Source: a virus (lineage: Duplodnaviria; Caudoviricetes). From it: a DNA stretch of 64,000 nt. The stretch lies in the IMG/VR virus record IMGVR_UViG_3300030098_006079; one strand, written 5' to 3'. The translations under genes were made by a program, and so were the position numbers. A model generated the notes under the pieces. It did not search any database. It saw only the letters and a program-made list of their open reading frames with translations, and was not told the DNA's origin. Shown piece by piece: positions 29,740 to 39,275 of the stretch (positions are counted from its first letter, which is position 1; each line of letters opens with the position of its first letter).

Positions 29740-30621
29740 ATGAGCAAGATAACTGATTTATTAAAAGAAGTAGGGAAAGACGTTCTCACAGAGGAAAGTC
29801 TTGAAACTATCGAGACAGTTTTTAACGAAGCTGTAGAGAAAAAAGCAACTGAGCGCGCTGAGCTCGCCACTGAAGCTGCATTGCAGGTTCAGGACGATGA
29901 GCATTCTAAGAAGCTAGAAGAGCTGCTTGAAGCAATCGACAAAGATCACGCGAAGAAACTCGAAAAAGTTGTTGAAGCAGTTGATACAGACCGTACACGT
30001 AAACTTAAGAATGTTATTCGTAAGTATCAGACTGCGATTGCTGAAGAAGCAAGTGGCTTAAAAGAAACCATGGTTGAATCTGTATCTGATTATCTTGACT
30101 CATATATTACAGACACCCTACCTACAGAGACCATCGAAGAAGCTACTAAAAATCGTCGTGCGTTTGACGTTCTTTCAGAAATTCGCAAAATGTTATCAGT
30201 TGATATGGTACTTGCTAATGAATCCATCCGCGAAGCTGTAAAAGACGGTAAAGCTACAATTGAAGAATCTAAGAAGAGTCTTGCTGAAATGACTGAATAT
30301 AATTCTGATCTTAAGATTCAATTAGAGGGTGCACAGAAAGAGTTATTTTTAGAAAAGAAACTCGCTGGCTTTGACGAAAAGAAAGCAAAATTTGTTCGTA
30401 AAACATTTGCTGATAAAGAATTAGCTTTCATCGAAGAAAATTTTGATTACACAGTAACAATGTTCGATAAGAAGACTGAAGAAGCTCTTCAAGTTCTTAA
30501 AGAAGAGGCTACTAAAGAGTGTAAAGCACAGGAAGCAGAAGTAGTTGTAGAAGAGAGCTCATCTACTCCTAAGTCAGCGACCGAACTTTACGCTGCTGAG
30601 TTAGCTGCAATGAGACTGTAA
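29740..30621 (+). CDS. gp22: Prohead scaffolding protein
   Basis: Acidic coiled-coil composition, TVFNEAV and SDYLDSYI; sits directly before the major capsid gene. Confidence 0.85.
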   Translation: MSKITDLLKEVGKDVLTEESLETIETVFNEAVEKKATERAELATEAALQVQDDEHSKKLEELLEAIDKDHAKKLEKVVEAVDTDRTRKLKNVIRKYQTAIAEEASGLKETMVESVSDYLDSYITDTLPTETIEEATKNRRAFDVLSEIRKMLSVDMVLANESIREAVKDGKATIEESKKSLAEMTEYNSDLKIQLEGAQKELFLEKKLAGFDEKKAKFVRKTFADKELAFIEENFDYTVTMFDKKTEEALQVLKEEATKECKAQEAEVVVEESSSTPKSATELYAAELAAMRL

Positions 30622-30705
30622 AGTAATCTATAACTGTTGAGGTATATTACTACCTGATTCTCCAATACAATGGAAAAAACAAAACTAAAATAAAGGATAA
30701 AAATT

Positions 30706-32241
30706 ATGAACGAAACTAAAACTCGTCCAAATACTGATTATATTGACAATAATCGCGCGCAGTCCTTGTTGGAGAAGTGGAGTCCAGTTCTGGACTATAC
30801 CTCCGACAAAGTTTCTGCAATTGATGACGCTTCTACGCGTCTGAACACCGCCATTCTCCTTGAGAACCAAGAAGAATGGTGTATTAAGGAAGCCAACAAT
30901 GGAAACGTTGCTGGTACTAACAGTGGAGCCTTTGGTTCTACGTTACACGCAGGCGCACAAAGTGACGCCTACCAAACTGATGATAGCTACGCTAAAGGTG
31001 ATGCTCGTTTACCGAAGATTCTTATTCCGATGATTCGCCGTACATTCCCTGAGTTGATCACTAACGAAATCGTTGGTGTTCAGCCAATGAGTGGACCGGT
31101 TGGTCTCGCATTTGCTCTTCGCTACAAGTATGCTACAACATCTCTTGATGGTACAGAAGTTGGCGGTCAGGCTGTTGGTTCTGGTGTAGCTGGTAACCCT
31201 GGAACACTTGCTACTGCAAAAGGTGGTCAAGGTACTAACGAGCTTGGTCATAACCATCTCGCTACTGGCTTCACAGGTACAGTTAATACTAGTTTATCAA
31301 CTGACTTAACCGTCGCAGGTCTTGCTGATGATGATGGGGTTGGAGATGATCACTGGTTAGAAGGTGGATTATCTGCTAATGATGCTGGTTTCGCTGCTGC
31401 GTTATCTGCATTTGAAATGGATAAAACAGCTGATAACATGCCAACTGTCGAGCTTAGCTTCGAAAAGACAGCTGTTGAAGCTGGTACTCGTAGGTTAGGT
31501 GCTCGTTGGTCGGTTGAGTTAGAGCAGGATCTTAAGAACATGAATGGTATTGATGTTGACGCTGAGTTGACCAATGCTATGTCTTATGAGATTCAAGCTG
31601 AAATCGATCGTGAGATGATCATTCGCATGGTTCAATCCGCTGTTAAAGCTGGTTCTGGTACAGGTTTCTCTACATACAGAGTTTCTGGTGCTGATGCTCG
31701 CTGGATGGCAGAAAGAAATCGCGACTTCTATCAGAAGTTGATCGTTGAAGCCAATAGAATGGCTGTTCGCAACCGCCGTGGTGCTGCTAACTTTATTGTT
31801 GCTACACCTCGTATTTGCGCTATTCTTGAGATGCTTCCTGAGTTCTCTTGGATGACTGTTGACGGTAACGTCAATACTCAACCAGTTGGTGTTGCTAAGG
31901 TTGGTAACGTTGGTGGTCGTTTTAACGTCTATCGCGATACACGTACTGAAGCTCAGTACAACCTCGGTGCAACAGCAGAGAACAATAAGGTTGAGTATGC
32001 ATTGCTTGGTTATAAAGGCCCTGAGTATTATGATACTGGTATCATTTACTGTCCTTATATCCCGGTTATGGTACAGCGATCAATTGATCCTAATTCCTTC
32101 TATCCGAAGGTTGGTATGTTGACACGTTATGGTGTTGTTGATCACCTCTTTGGTGCTTCTAACTACTATCATGTTGTTTTCGTACTTGGATTAGGAACCG
32201 CAGTCGGTTCTGGTGCTGCTGCATACACACCATTCCAGTAA
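30706..32241 (+). CDS. gp23: Major capsid protein
   Basis: LLEKWSPVL, GVQPMSGPVGL, AMSYEIQAEIDRE, YCPYIP and GMLTRYG; probable gp21 cut after CIKE. Confidence 0.97.
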   Translation: MNETKTRPNTDYIDNNRAQSLLEKWSPVLDYTSDKVSAIDDASTRLNTAILLENQEEWCIKEANNGNVAGTNSGAFGSTLHAGAQSDAYQTDDSYAKGDARLPKILIPMIRRTFPELITNEIVGVQPMSGPVGLAFALRYKYATTSLDGTEVGGQAVGSGVAGNPGTLATAKGGQGTNELGHNHLATGFTGTVNTSLSTDLTVAGLADDDGVGDDHWLEGGLSANDAGFAAALSAFEMDKTADNMPTVELSFEKTAVEAGTRRLGARWSVELEQDLKNMNGIDVDAELTNAMSYEIQAEIDREMIIRMVQSAVKAGSGTGFSTYRVSGADARWMAERNRDFYQKLIVEANRMAVRNRRGAANFIVATPRICAILEMLPEFSWMTVDGNVNTQPVGVAKVGNVGGRFNVYRDTRTEAQYNLGATAENNKVEYALLGYKGPEYYDTGIIYCPYIPVMVQRSIDPNSFYPKVGMLTRYGVVDHLFGASNYYHVVFVLGLGTAVGSGAAAYTPFQ

Positions 32242-32260
32242 TCTTTAAGATTATAAACAT

Positions 32261-32291
32261 AAAGAGCGCCCGAAAGGGCGCTCTTTTTTTT
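32261..32291. terminator. Bidirectional intrinsic terminator
   Basis: AAAGAGCGCCC-GAAA-GGGCGCTCTTT followed by a T tract, between convergent gp23 and queF. Confidence 0.9.
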
Positions 32292-32308
32292 ATTATGATG
32301 AATAAGGA

Positions 32309-33220
32309 TTATTGTCTCAATGTTTTGATCCACGGAACCGTATGATCCCAAAAGAACTCATCAATCAAATATTCATGAGTAGTTCTAATAGGGTTAATGT
32401 CCCAACCACCTCGTCGTACATATAAACATGCTACCATAAGGGACCGCGGCTCAAAAGTATTATTCAATCTAGTAAAAATAGTCTCACAAATCTCTTCATG
32501 AAAATGACATTCATCTCTAAAAGAGATAATATACTTTAACAATTCTTTATCAGATGGATGCTTGGTACCTTCAAGAGAGATAAACACATCACCCCAGTCA
32601 GGTTGAGAAGTAACACGACAGTTACTCTTAAGTAAGGATGACATTACTCTGTAAGGCTTATTAGTAGAGTTCAAATGCTTTGTCTCTAACAAGCCGGGTG
32701 TTTCACTATAAACATTTACATAATAACTCTCTGCATCAATCTCATCAGTATTTTCTAATCTCTTATAGTTCTTATCAGTAAAAGGATTATCATTACTAAA
32801 TGTATCGCTTGTAGGAAATACAGTAACTCTTACATCTGTCTGAAGATACTTACTCAAGTCTTTCGAAGCTGTATCTTCTAGATTCTTAATTACCTTATCA
32901 AACGTATCTCCCATCTTAGTCATATTGAATGTATTCCAATACAACTTCATAGATTTAGATTCAACGATATACTTACTATCAGAAGGATATACTACTTTAG
33001 CAACCCCGCAAACAGGCACACCATTATTAGTTAATGCTGATATCTCGTAACCATTCCATACATCACAACCAATAAAAGGTAAGCTCTTTTCTTTAATGCC
33101 TAAGTGCTTACGATTACTCGATCGTGGTTCTCTCACTAACAGACTTGCATCATACTCAGATTTATACTGACTAGACTGTCCTAAGTGCTTACTAATATTT
33201 TTATTATCTAGTTTTGACAT
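32309..33220 (-). CDS. queF: NADPH-dependent 7-cyano-7-deazaguanine reductase (bimodular type)
   Basis: LGQSSQY, WNGYEIS, ESKSMKLY, LKSNCRVTSQPDWG, FHEEIC and RRGGWDINP. Confidence 0.92.
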   Translation of the reverse strand: MSKLDNKNISKHLGQSSQYKSEYDASLLVREPRSSNRKHLGIKEKSLPFIGCDVWNGYEISALTNNGVPVCGVAKVVYPSDSKYIVESKSMKLYWNTFNMTKMGDTFDKVIKNLEDTASKDLSKYLQTDVRVTVFPTSDTFSNDNPFTDKNYKRLENTDEIDAESYYVNVYSETPGLLETKHLNSTNKPYRVMSSLLKSNCRVTSQPDWGDVFISLEGTKHPSDKELLKYIISFRDECHFHEEICETIFTRLNNTFEPRSLMVACLYVRRGGWDINPIRTTHEYLIDEFFWDHTVPWIKTLRQ

Positions 33221-33758
33221 CTTCAATAATCTCTATCATCTTATTATATCTACTCTCTACACTTCCTTCCAGTACATAAATATTAGGATACTTCCCTAAT
33301 ATCAATTCTTCATATAGTTTAATAATTTGACTTCTAAAACTCTCACTCATAGATCTTTCTCCATCATTGATAAGAGGAACATCATAAGGATTAGTATAGA
33401 AGATACAATCATACTTTTCTATATATCTACCTAATGCATAACTAAACATTTTATCTACAAACTCATTTACTTTACCTTGTATTCTAAAATATCTAGTATA
33501 AACAAAACCATCTACTATACAACGATCTAAGATATTGTTCATATCTTTACCGCTATAAGTAAATAAATTTTGAATATGATCAGCAAAAATAGCTAACTGC
33601 GTATCATTATAGTTTGAACCATCGTCGTTAATCTCAAAACCACCACGCCGGATACGTCTTGTAACCTCATCGACTGAGCCCCATGCATTTGACTCTAAGA
33701 ATTCGCGCAACAGAGTAGTTTTACCACTACTCTGTGCGCCTGTAAAAGAAACTAACAT
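33204..33758 (-). CDS. P-loop nucleoside/nucleotide kinase-like protein (AAA_28/NadR-like)
   Basis: GAQSSGKTT, DEVTR, ILDRCIVDG and DGERS. Confidence 0.7.
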   Translation of the reverse strand: MLVSFTGAQSSGKTTLLREFLESNAWGSVDEVTRRIRRGGFEINDDGSNYNDTQLAIFADHIQNLFTYSGKDMNNILDRCIVDGFVYTRYFRIQGKVNEFVDKMFSYALGRYIEKYDCIFYTNPYDVPLINDGERSMSESFRSQIIKLYEELILGKYPNIYVLEGSVESRYNKMIEIIEDVKTR

Positions 33759-34108
33759 TATTTACCCCAGACACCATTATCGACTATCTGAGCGATTTTG
33801 CAATATAAACTTGAATCTTTCCATGCATCTTGAATAGGTTCATTAGCAGCTTCAGCAGTACGTTTCTTAATGACGAGATTAATGAGTCTCTGTACTTTAT
33901 CATTAACACGGAATACTAGTCCAGCTTTAGCAACTAAACGGCCATCCGGTTTAGATAAGTCCTGACCTACAGAAATATTAGTAGGGCCATAGTCGTATTG
34001 CTTATTAATAAATAGCTTGTATTCTTCTTCGAGAAGATCTCTCAACATTGCACATGTCTCAGGATAATCATTCTCTACTTCCGCCTTGATTTCAGTGTAA
34101 TCTTTCAT
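33758..34108 (-). CDS. Nmad1/DUF1599-like all-alpha nucleotide-modification-associated protein
   Basis: KQYDYG, FRVNDKVQRLINL and EPIQDAWKDSSLY. Confidence 0.65.
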   Translation of the reverse strand: MKDYTEIKAEVENDYPETCAMLRDLLEEEYKLFINKQYDYGPTNISVGQDLSKPDGRLVAKAGLVFRVNDKVQRLINLVIKKRTAEAANEPIQDAWKDSSLYCKIAQIVDNGVWGK

Positions 34109-34664
34109 TTAAAAAATTTATCCAAAGTTTTGTAGATTCAACATGAAGAGCTTTTTCTAGTTCTTCATATGTATTAAAGTTATTATCTATAATTGCATTT
34201 GCAACAATAGGACCATCATCGAGCTCGGGCGTTACCTTATGAATAACGCACCCAGCTCGATCATGTTTTGCTTCCCAAGCTTTTTTCTGAGGGTTAAAGC
34301 CTTTCAATTCTGGATAGATATCAATAGCGCCTGGATGACCATTATAGATGTTTGATGATCTAGTAAAGTCAGGAGGTAATATTCTCAGATACCCGTGCAA
34401 AGTAACAAACACCCCTTTAGCCCAATCATCATTAAGAATAGAATAGTTAAGAGCATCAGCTGCTTTAAGATAATCCATCTCTTTTGGCCATTTAGGTAAT
34501 CGTACAAACGGGAGACCTCCTGTTGACCTCTTATAGATCAATTCAATATTTGTACCTATATCTTCTTGTCTATTAGTAACAATAAGATCAGGCCATCTTT
34601 TGATCTGTTTAGAGATGTTTACAATTTCAGAACCAGTCTGACTATAAAATGCTACCCACTTCAT
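34092..34664 (-). CDS. dpdN: PurN-paralogue formyltransferase, candidate dPreQ1 formyltransferase
   Basis: FYSQTGSE, TLHGYLRIL, YNGHPG, GCVIHKV and LDDGPI; flanked by queF and a TGT-like gene. Confidence 0.7.
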   Translation of the reverse strand: MKWVAFYSQTGSEIVNISKQIKRWPDLIVTNRQEDIGTNIELIYKRSTGGLPFVRLPKWPKEMDYLKAADALNYSILNDDWAKGVFVTLHGYLRILPPDFTRSSNIYNGHPGAIDIYPELKGFNPQKKAWEAKHDRAGCVIHKVTPELDDGPIVANAIIDNNFNTYEELEKALHVESTKLWINFLNERLH

Positions 34665-35494
34665 TACCAATATCTTCTTTTAATAATTCTTTTGAACTGA
34701 CTTGTATTATACAAAATACGCTCTACTGCATCTTCATCAGGTTGCGCACCTATTAAGTCTGCTAACAGTTGTGATGGTTTATGATCTAGACCGAAGTCTC
34801 CATTATAGGTATAACCTAACAGACCTGCTACAACTGGATTAGATGTATCTAAGCTTCTAATATTATAGATATTATTATCTACATACCATCTAAACTCACT
34901 CGCAAGTGACGCACCTAACAAATGATGAGGTTTATTCCAGTCCCATTCTCCTTCGTCAATTAATCTTTTAACTAGATTCTGTCGTCCAGTGGATTGCCTT
35001 TTCAATTTAGCGTTTTCATCACAAATATGGCTAATGCCTGTAACATGATACATACTAAAATCGAAACTGATAGCGACATAATCCGCATTATTTTTCATAA
35101 AGCGATAACAATCTACTACCTCTGACCAAGTATCGCCTTGAACTGCTCCTATTCTAGCGCCTGGTAATTTACCATAGTTAGCTCGAAAATCTTTAAAATG
35201 ACTTATTGTCGCTGGTCCATTTTCAAGAACATCAGGGACAATATAATAATTAGGTTTAATCTTCTCACACCAAATAGCGTATTTGTCAGCATCAAACGCT
35301 TCTTTTAGTTCAAAGATAGAATTATCTAAGAGAATCTCTCCATTAGGTACTTTAGCTCTATATTTTTCTAGAAACCATTCTTTATATTCTTCTTGTTCTT
35401 CCATTAGATGGACTAAACAATATTGATAATCATTGTATTCTACCGATTCTGGTAGGAGAGCTATAGGAGATTCGTGCGATACCTTAATCGTCAT
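34664..35494 (-). CDS. dpdA: TGT-fold 7-deazaguanine DNA transglycosylase candidate (DpdA3-like)
   Basis: ILLDNSIFE, IVPDV, GAVQG, HLLG and SLDTSNP are TGT-barrel motifs; operon context supports the call. Confidence 0.65.
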   Translation of the reverse strand: MTIKVSHESPIALLPESVEYNDYQYCLVHLMEEQEEYKEWFLEKYRAKVPNGEILLDNSIFELKEAFDADKYAIWCEKIKPNYYIVPDVLENGPATISHFKDFRANYGKLPGARIGAVQGDTWSEVVDCYRFMKNNADYVAISFDFSMYHVTGISHICDENAKLKRQSTGRQNLVKRLIDEGEWDWNKPHHLLGASLASEFRWYVDNNIYNIRSLDTSNPVVAGLLGYTYNGDFGLDHKPSQLLADLIGAQPDEDAVERILYNTSQFKRIIKRRYW

Positions 35495-35500
35495 ACTTTT

Positions 35501-35528
35501 ATTATAGTGGTTTCACTATAAAGATCAA
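35501..35528 (-). promoter_or_regulatory. Sigma70-like promoter of the deazaguanine operon
   Basis: TTGATC-N16-TATAAT on the minus strand, ending 6 nt before the ATG at 35494. Confidence 0.65.
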
Positions 35529-35543
35529 GTAATAAATAATTAT

Positions 35544-36860
35544 ATGGCTTTTAGCTTTGATACTCTTGTCAACGATCAAAAACAAGCTGCAGTAGATGTA
35601 GTTGATACTATTACTCCAAGACAAGTCAAACAGATAGGTAATGCATATAAAGAAGGTTTAAATGCATCTCCTAAACAAGTTATTAATGAGACTCTCGAAC
35701 AATTTACAGGCGTTAATCTGAGCCAGGGTGCAGGAGCAGATGGGTTAGGCCAGCAATTAAAAAGTTTTTTTGCTAGTCAAGCTGGTAATCTCGCGTTACA
35801 GCTAGAGCAACAAATTTTAGGTTGTATAAATACTCAAATTAGAGACTTAATGAACAGAGTTCCTGAGCTTGCTTTTGCGTTAGATTTTGAAAATCAGATT
35901 AATCAAATCTTAGGTGACTTTCGAAATAAGTTAGAACAAAAAATCGACGGAGAATTACGTAAGCTCGCATATAAGAAAATTAAAATACAGCAAACCGCTT
36001 TATTTAAACAGCGTATTCGCGCTAAAATAAAAGATATATGCCCTGGAGCAACTCCTGCAAGTGTTGCTGAGGTAAGAGATTTTAACAATAAGATAAAAGG
36101 TTTACTCGAAAAAAGACAGAGTGATAGTGTTGTGCCAGATACTAGCCCTACTATACCAGCAACGAGTATAACAACTAAATCTAAACCCAGTAAACAAGTA
36201 CCGACTGCTGTAGAAGGTCCTAGTGAGAGTCTTAAGAAAATTGTAAGAGAGGATCCAGTAAAGACACGAGAATTTGTTAGTGAGAAAACAGAAGAAGCAA
36301 AAAAAGTAGTAGAAGATACTGCTGTAGAGGAGTTAGATGAAGGGGATGACACAACAATAGAAGCTTTATCTGAAACTGTACCAAAAGAAGAAGTCCGTAA
36401 AAAAACTTGGTCAGCTTATAAAGTTGTAATTGTTAGAGCTAATATATTAAAAGACGGTGGAGTGTCTAACACTGATAATATAAATATTATTTTAGATAAA
36501 GCTGTGCCAGAGATTTTCTCAGAGTTTAAAAACAACATTGATAATGATCGTAAGTGGGATGATTCTCTTTTTGATAAAGAGAAAACCGAGAAAAAGAAGA
36601 ATTTAAGCCTTGGAGATGTTATGGTGTCAAGCTCGGCTGATCTTGTTAGTTATGGTGTAAGTCCTGCTACTGGCTTAAAGACAGCTATGGTGTCTTATAC
36701 GTTTCGTATAAACCATAAAACAGAATCTCGGTTTCTACACACTGCAAAGGTAATGGGAGAAATGTTTCAGGGTATGGGAGAGAGTTATGCTGAGGCAAGC
36801 AAATCGGCTTTAAATCTCTTAGAAAAAACAACAAGAAGAAAAACCTTAATGGAAAGCTAA
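35544..36860 (+). CDS. Hypothetical late protein upstream of the spike gene
   Basis: TAAATA box at 35533-35538; helical N-half, P/T/K/E-rich linker and a separate C-terminal domain. Confidence 0.5.
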   Translation: MAFSFDTLVNDQKQAAVDVVDTITPRQVKQIGNAYKEGLNASPKQVINETLEQFTGVNLSQGAGADGLGQQLKSFFASQAGNLALQLEQQILGCINTQIRDLMNRVPELAFALDFENQINQILGDFRNKLEQKIDGELRKLAYKKIKIQQTALFKQRIRAKIKDICPGATPASVAEVRDFNNKIKGLLEKRQSDSVVPDTSPTIPATSITTKSKPSKQVPTAVEGPSESLKKIVREDPVKTREFVSEKTEEAKKVVEDTAVEELDEGDDTTIEALSETVPKEEVRKKTWSAYKVVIVRANILKDGGVSNTDNINIILDKAVPEIFSEFKNNIDNDRKWDDSLFDKEKTEKKKNLSLGDVMVSSSADLVSYGVSPATGLKTAMVSYTFRINHKTESRFLHTAKVMGEMFQGMGESYAEASKSALNLLEKTTRRKTLMES

Positions 36861-36869
36861 GTTTAAACT

Positions 36870-39254
36870 ATGAGTGTATATGTAAATGCAAACCCTGGTT
36901 CAGAACTTCAACCGAGAAAAGAATATTTCGGTAACTATCTTGGTATAGTCGTACAAAATAATGACCCAGATAAAGGCGGTAAGGTAAAAATATGGGTACC
37001 TCATATTTCCCCTACAGTGTATGAAAACTGGGATGAAAAAAATGAAGATAAATCATTTAAGTTTATTGGTAGAAATATCGATAGTGATATTACTGATATT
37101 GTAGAAGATTTAAAAAGAATACTTCCATGGGCTGAGTCTGCTTCTCCTATTATGGGAAGTTCTGCACCTGGTCGCTACAACGCTCACGATCAATTCGCTA
37201 CTATATCTGATACTAATAAACACTCAACTGCCTATCCTAAGTATGAAGAAGAAGGAGATCAACGATATAAATTAAATGATGATGGTATAGGTGAAAAACC
37301 AGCTCGTAAATATGAAGTACATTCTTTAAAGGTACATGATGCGTTCGCAGATAAAAACAAAGTTAACTTTAATAATTTAAATTTATATTCCTATAATTAC
37401 GTACCTTCTTCCTACTCTAATAGTGCAAAAGGTAGTTTTAGTATACCTAATGTAGGTGCACATGTATGGGTTTTCTTTAGTGAAGGGGATCCTAATAACC
37501 CTGTTTACTTTGCTACAACACACGGTACTGATGAATGGAAGTCTATACATAATAACTTTAACTCTCATGGTACAGACTATCCTGGTGCGTATGAAAACAC
37601 GTCTAAAGATTTAGATCCTAACTATAACCATAATACAGAGACGTATAGAAACAAATATGTTATAAATCAAAAAGGCGGTACAATTGAAATAGTAAGTACT
37701 GATAATAAAGAATCATTAAAATTTACACATTACTCTGGTTCGTTTAAAGAGTTTAATAATAAAGTTAATACTGAACTCGCAACAAATAATAACCAAAAAT
37801 TAGTACAAGGGGATGAGTTTTTTACAGTCAATGGTACTAAAAATGATTACGTTGGGAGAGATTATGATCAAATTGTTACCGGGGATTATTATAAGAAGAT
37901 TGGTAATTTAGAATATCAAATACATAAAGAGTGGAGAGATATAATGGAGACAATTGCTGATGCAAAGCAGTTGTTTGAGCAAAAGCGTACCGGAGTAGTT
38001 ACTGACACTAATCCGTTTATTAAAAAGAGTAGTGCTAAACAAACTAAAAGTGGTACTCCAGGGCCCTGCCCATTATGTAAGGAAACAACCACCAGAGATT
38101 TAATTTATGATAATTCATATGCGTTTACAAAAGTAAACCCTAATTATGAATATAAAAAAGGAGTACTTGTGTTTGATCATAGCGGAGAAATTACTTCTGC
38201 TAATTCAAATACAATGAGTAAACTAATAGCTCCAACCACATCGGGTAACTTTTTAGATGGAGGAGCATGTCCTGTGTGCGGTGGATCAGGGGAAAGTCCA
38301 TCAAGTTATAATGGACAATGGGACCCATCAGAAAAAGATACGCTTATTATCACTACACTCCGTGCACAAATCCAAAATGTAATTAATCTCGAAAAACAAT
38401 TAGGTATAGGTGGTAGTGAAATTATTAATGTATCAAAGCATAAGATAGAAAATATAGGTCTTATTTACAACGACTTTCCGTCGGTACGTATTGATGAAGC
38501 TGGTAAAATAGAGAACTATGAAACTAAAGTATTTCCTAAAGGGGTTGTTACAACTAAAAAAGAATCTGCTCTATTAGAGTATGTACATGTTGATGACTTC
38601 CCAGGTGGTGATTTTACTCAAAATATAGGTAACAAATGGAATGTATTAGTTGGTAGTGGTGGTGTATCTATTAAATCTACAGGTGGTGTAGATATTGGAG
38701 GTACTATAACTAACGTCGCGGGTCAGCAAGTTAATATTTCTTCTGAGTATGAAACTAACATTTCATCAAAGAGAGTTAATATCGCTGCTGAAATGCTCAC
38801 CTTACGTAATAAAAATAATAGACAAATTTTAGTTGACGGTAATCTAGGTGTTAATCAAAATGTTGTAATAGGTGGTAGTATGCATGTAGAAGGAGAGTTA
38901 AGTGTTCAGCATATTACTGCTCCTGTTGAGATACAAGAGACTGAACCAGTTGTAGCGTATAGTAAATTACTGACTGGTCTAGCGTTTGAGGCAACTATTA
39001 GCGGACACACTAAAGAAGGAACTGATGGTGCGAAAAATGGAGATTGTACAATAACCTTGAAAACAGATAGTAACGATAATTTAGTTAAAGCATATCCTCA
39101 CACCCATCCGTTCAAGAATGTGCCGCTCAAGTTAATGAAAGACAAAGATGAAGTACGTAAGGTAGGAGCCAAGCAAACAGACTTGCAAGGCCGTTCATCT
39201 GCAATCCCGGTCATACACGAACAAAAAACCGGTGAGACAGGTCCCACCGGTTAA
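36870..39254 (+). CDS. gp5: Baseplate hub/central spike protein (gp5/VgrG OB-fold, no lysozyme domain)
   Basis: YLGIVVQNNDPDKGGKVKIWVP, IPNVGAHVWVFFSEGDPNNPVYF, HYSGSFKE, beta-helix-like repeats and a C-terminal HTH. Confidence 0.8.
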   Translation: MSVYVNANPGSELQPRKEYFGNYLGIVVQNNDPDKGGKVKIWVPHISPTVYENWDEKNEDKSFKFIGRNIDSDITDIVEDLKRILPWAESASPIMGSSAPGRYNAHDQFATISDTNKHSTAYPKYEEEGDQRYKLNDDGIGEKPARKYEVHSLKVHDAFADKNKVNFNNLNLYSYNYVPSSYSNSAKGSFSIPNVGAHVWVFFSEGDPNNPVYFATTHGTDEWKSIHNNFNSHGTDYPGAYENTSKDLDPNYNHNTETYRNKYVINQKGGTIEIVSTDNKESLKFTHYSGSFKEFNNKVNTELATNNNQKLVQGDEFFTVNGTKNDYVGRDYDQIVTGDYYKKIGNLEYQIHKEWRDIMETIADAKQLFEQKRTGVVTDTNPFIKKSSAKQTKSGTPGPCPLCKETTTRDLIYDNSYAFTKVNPNYEYKKGVLVFDHSGEITSANSNTMSKLIAPTTSGNFLDGGACPVCGGSGESPSSYNGQWDPSEKDTLIITTLRAQIQNVINLEKQLGIGGSEIINVSKHKIENIGLIYNDFPSVRIDEAGKIENYETKVFPKGVVTTKKESALLEYVHVDDFPGGDFTQNIGNKWNVLVGSGGVSIKSTGGVDIGGTITNVAGQQVNISSEYETNISSKRVNIAAEMLTLRNKNNRQILVDGNLGVNQNVVIGGSMHVEGELSVQHITAPVEIQETEPVVAYSKLLTGLAFEATISGHTKEGTDGAKNGDCTITLKTDSNDNLVKAYPHTHPFKNVPLKLMKDKDEVRKVGAKQTDLQGRSSAIPVIHEQKTGETGPTG

Positions 39255-39275
39255 CTAAAATTAATGTAAGTAGTT

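Noticed and set aside
32309-35494. Reading the cluster as tRNA queuosine synthesis plus purine biosynthesis (tgt, purN)
   Set aside because: The TGT-like protein is short (276 aa) with no recognisable tRNA-TGT zinc-binding motif, no other pur genes are present, and the arrangement fits phage DNA modification better. This is not experimentally excluded.
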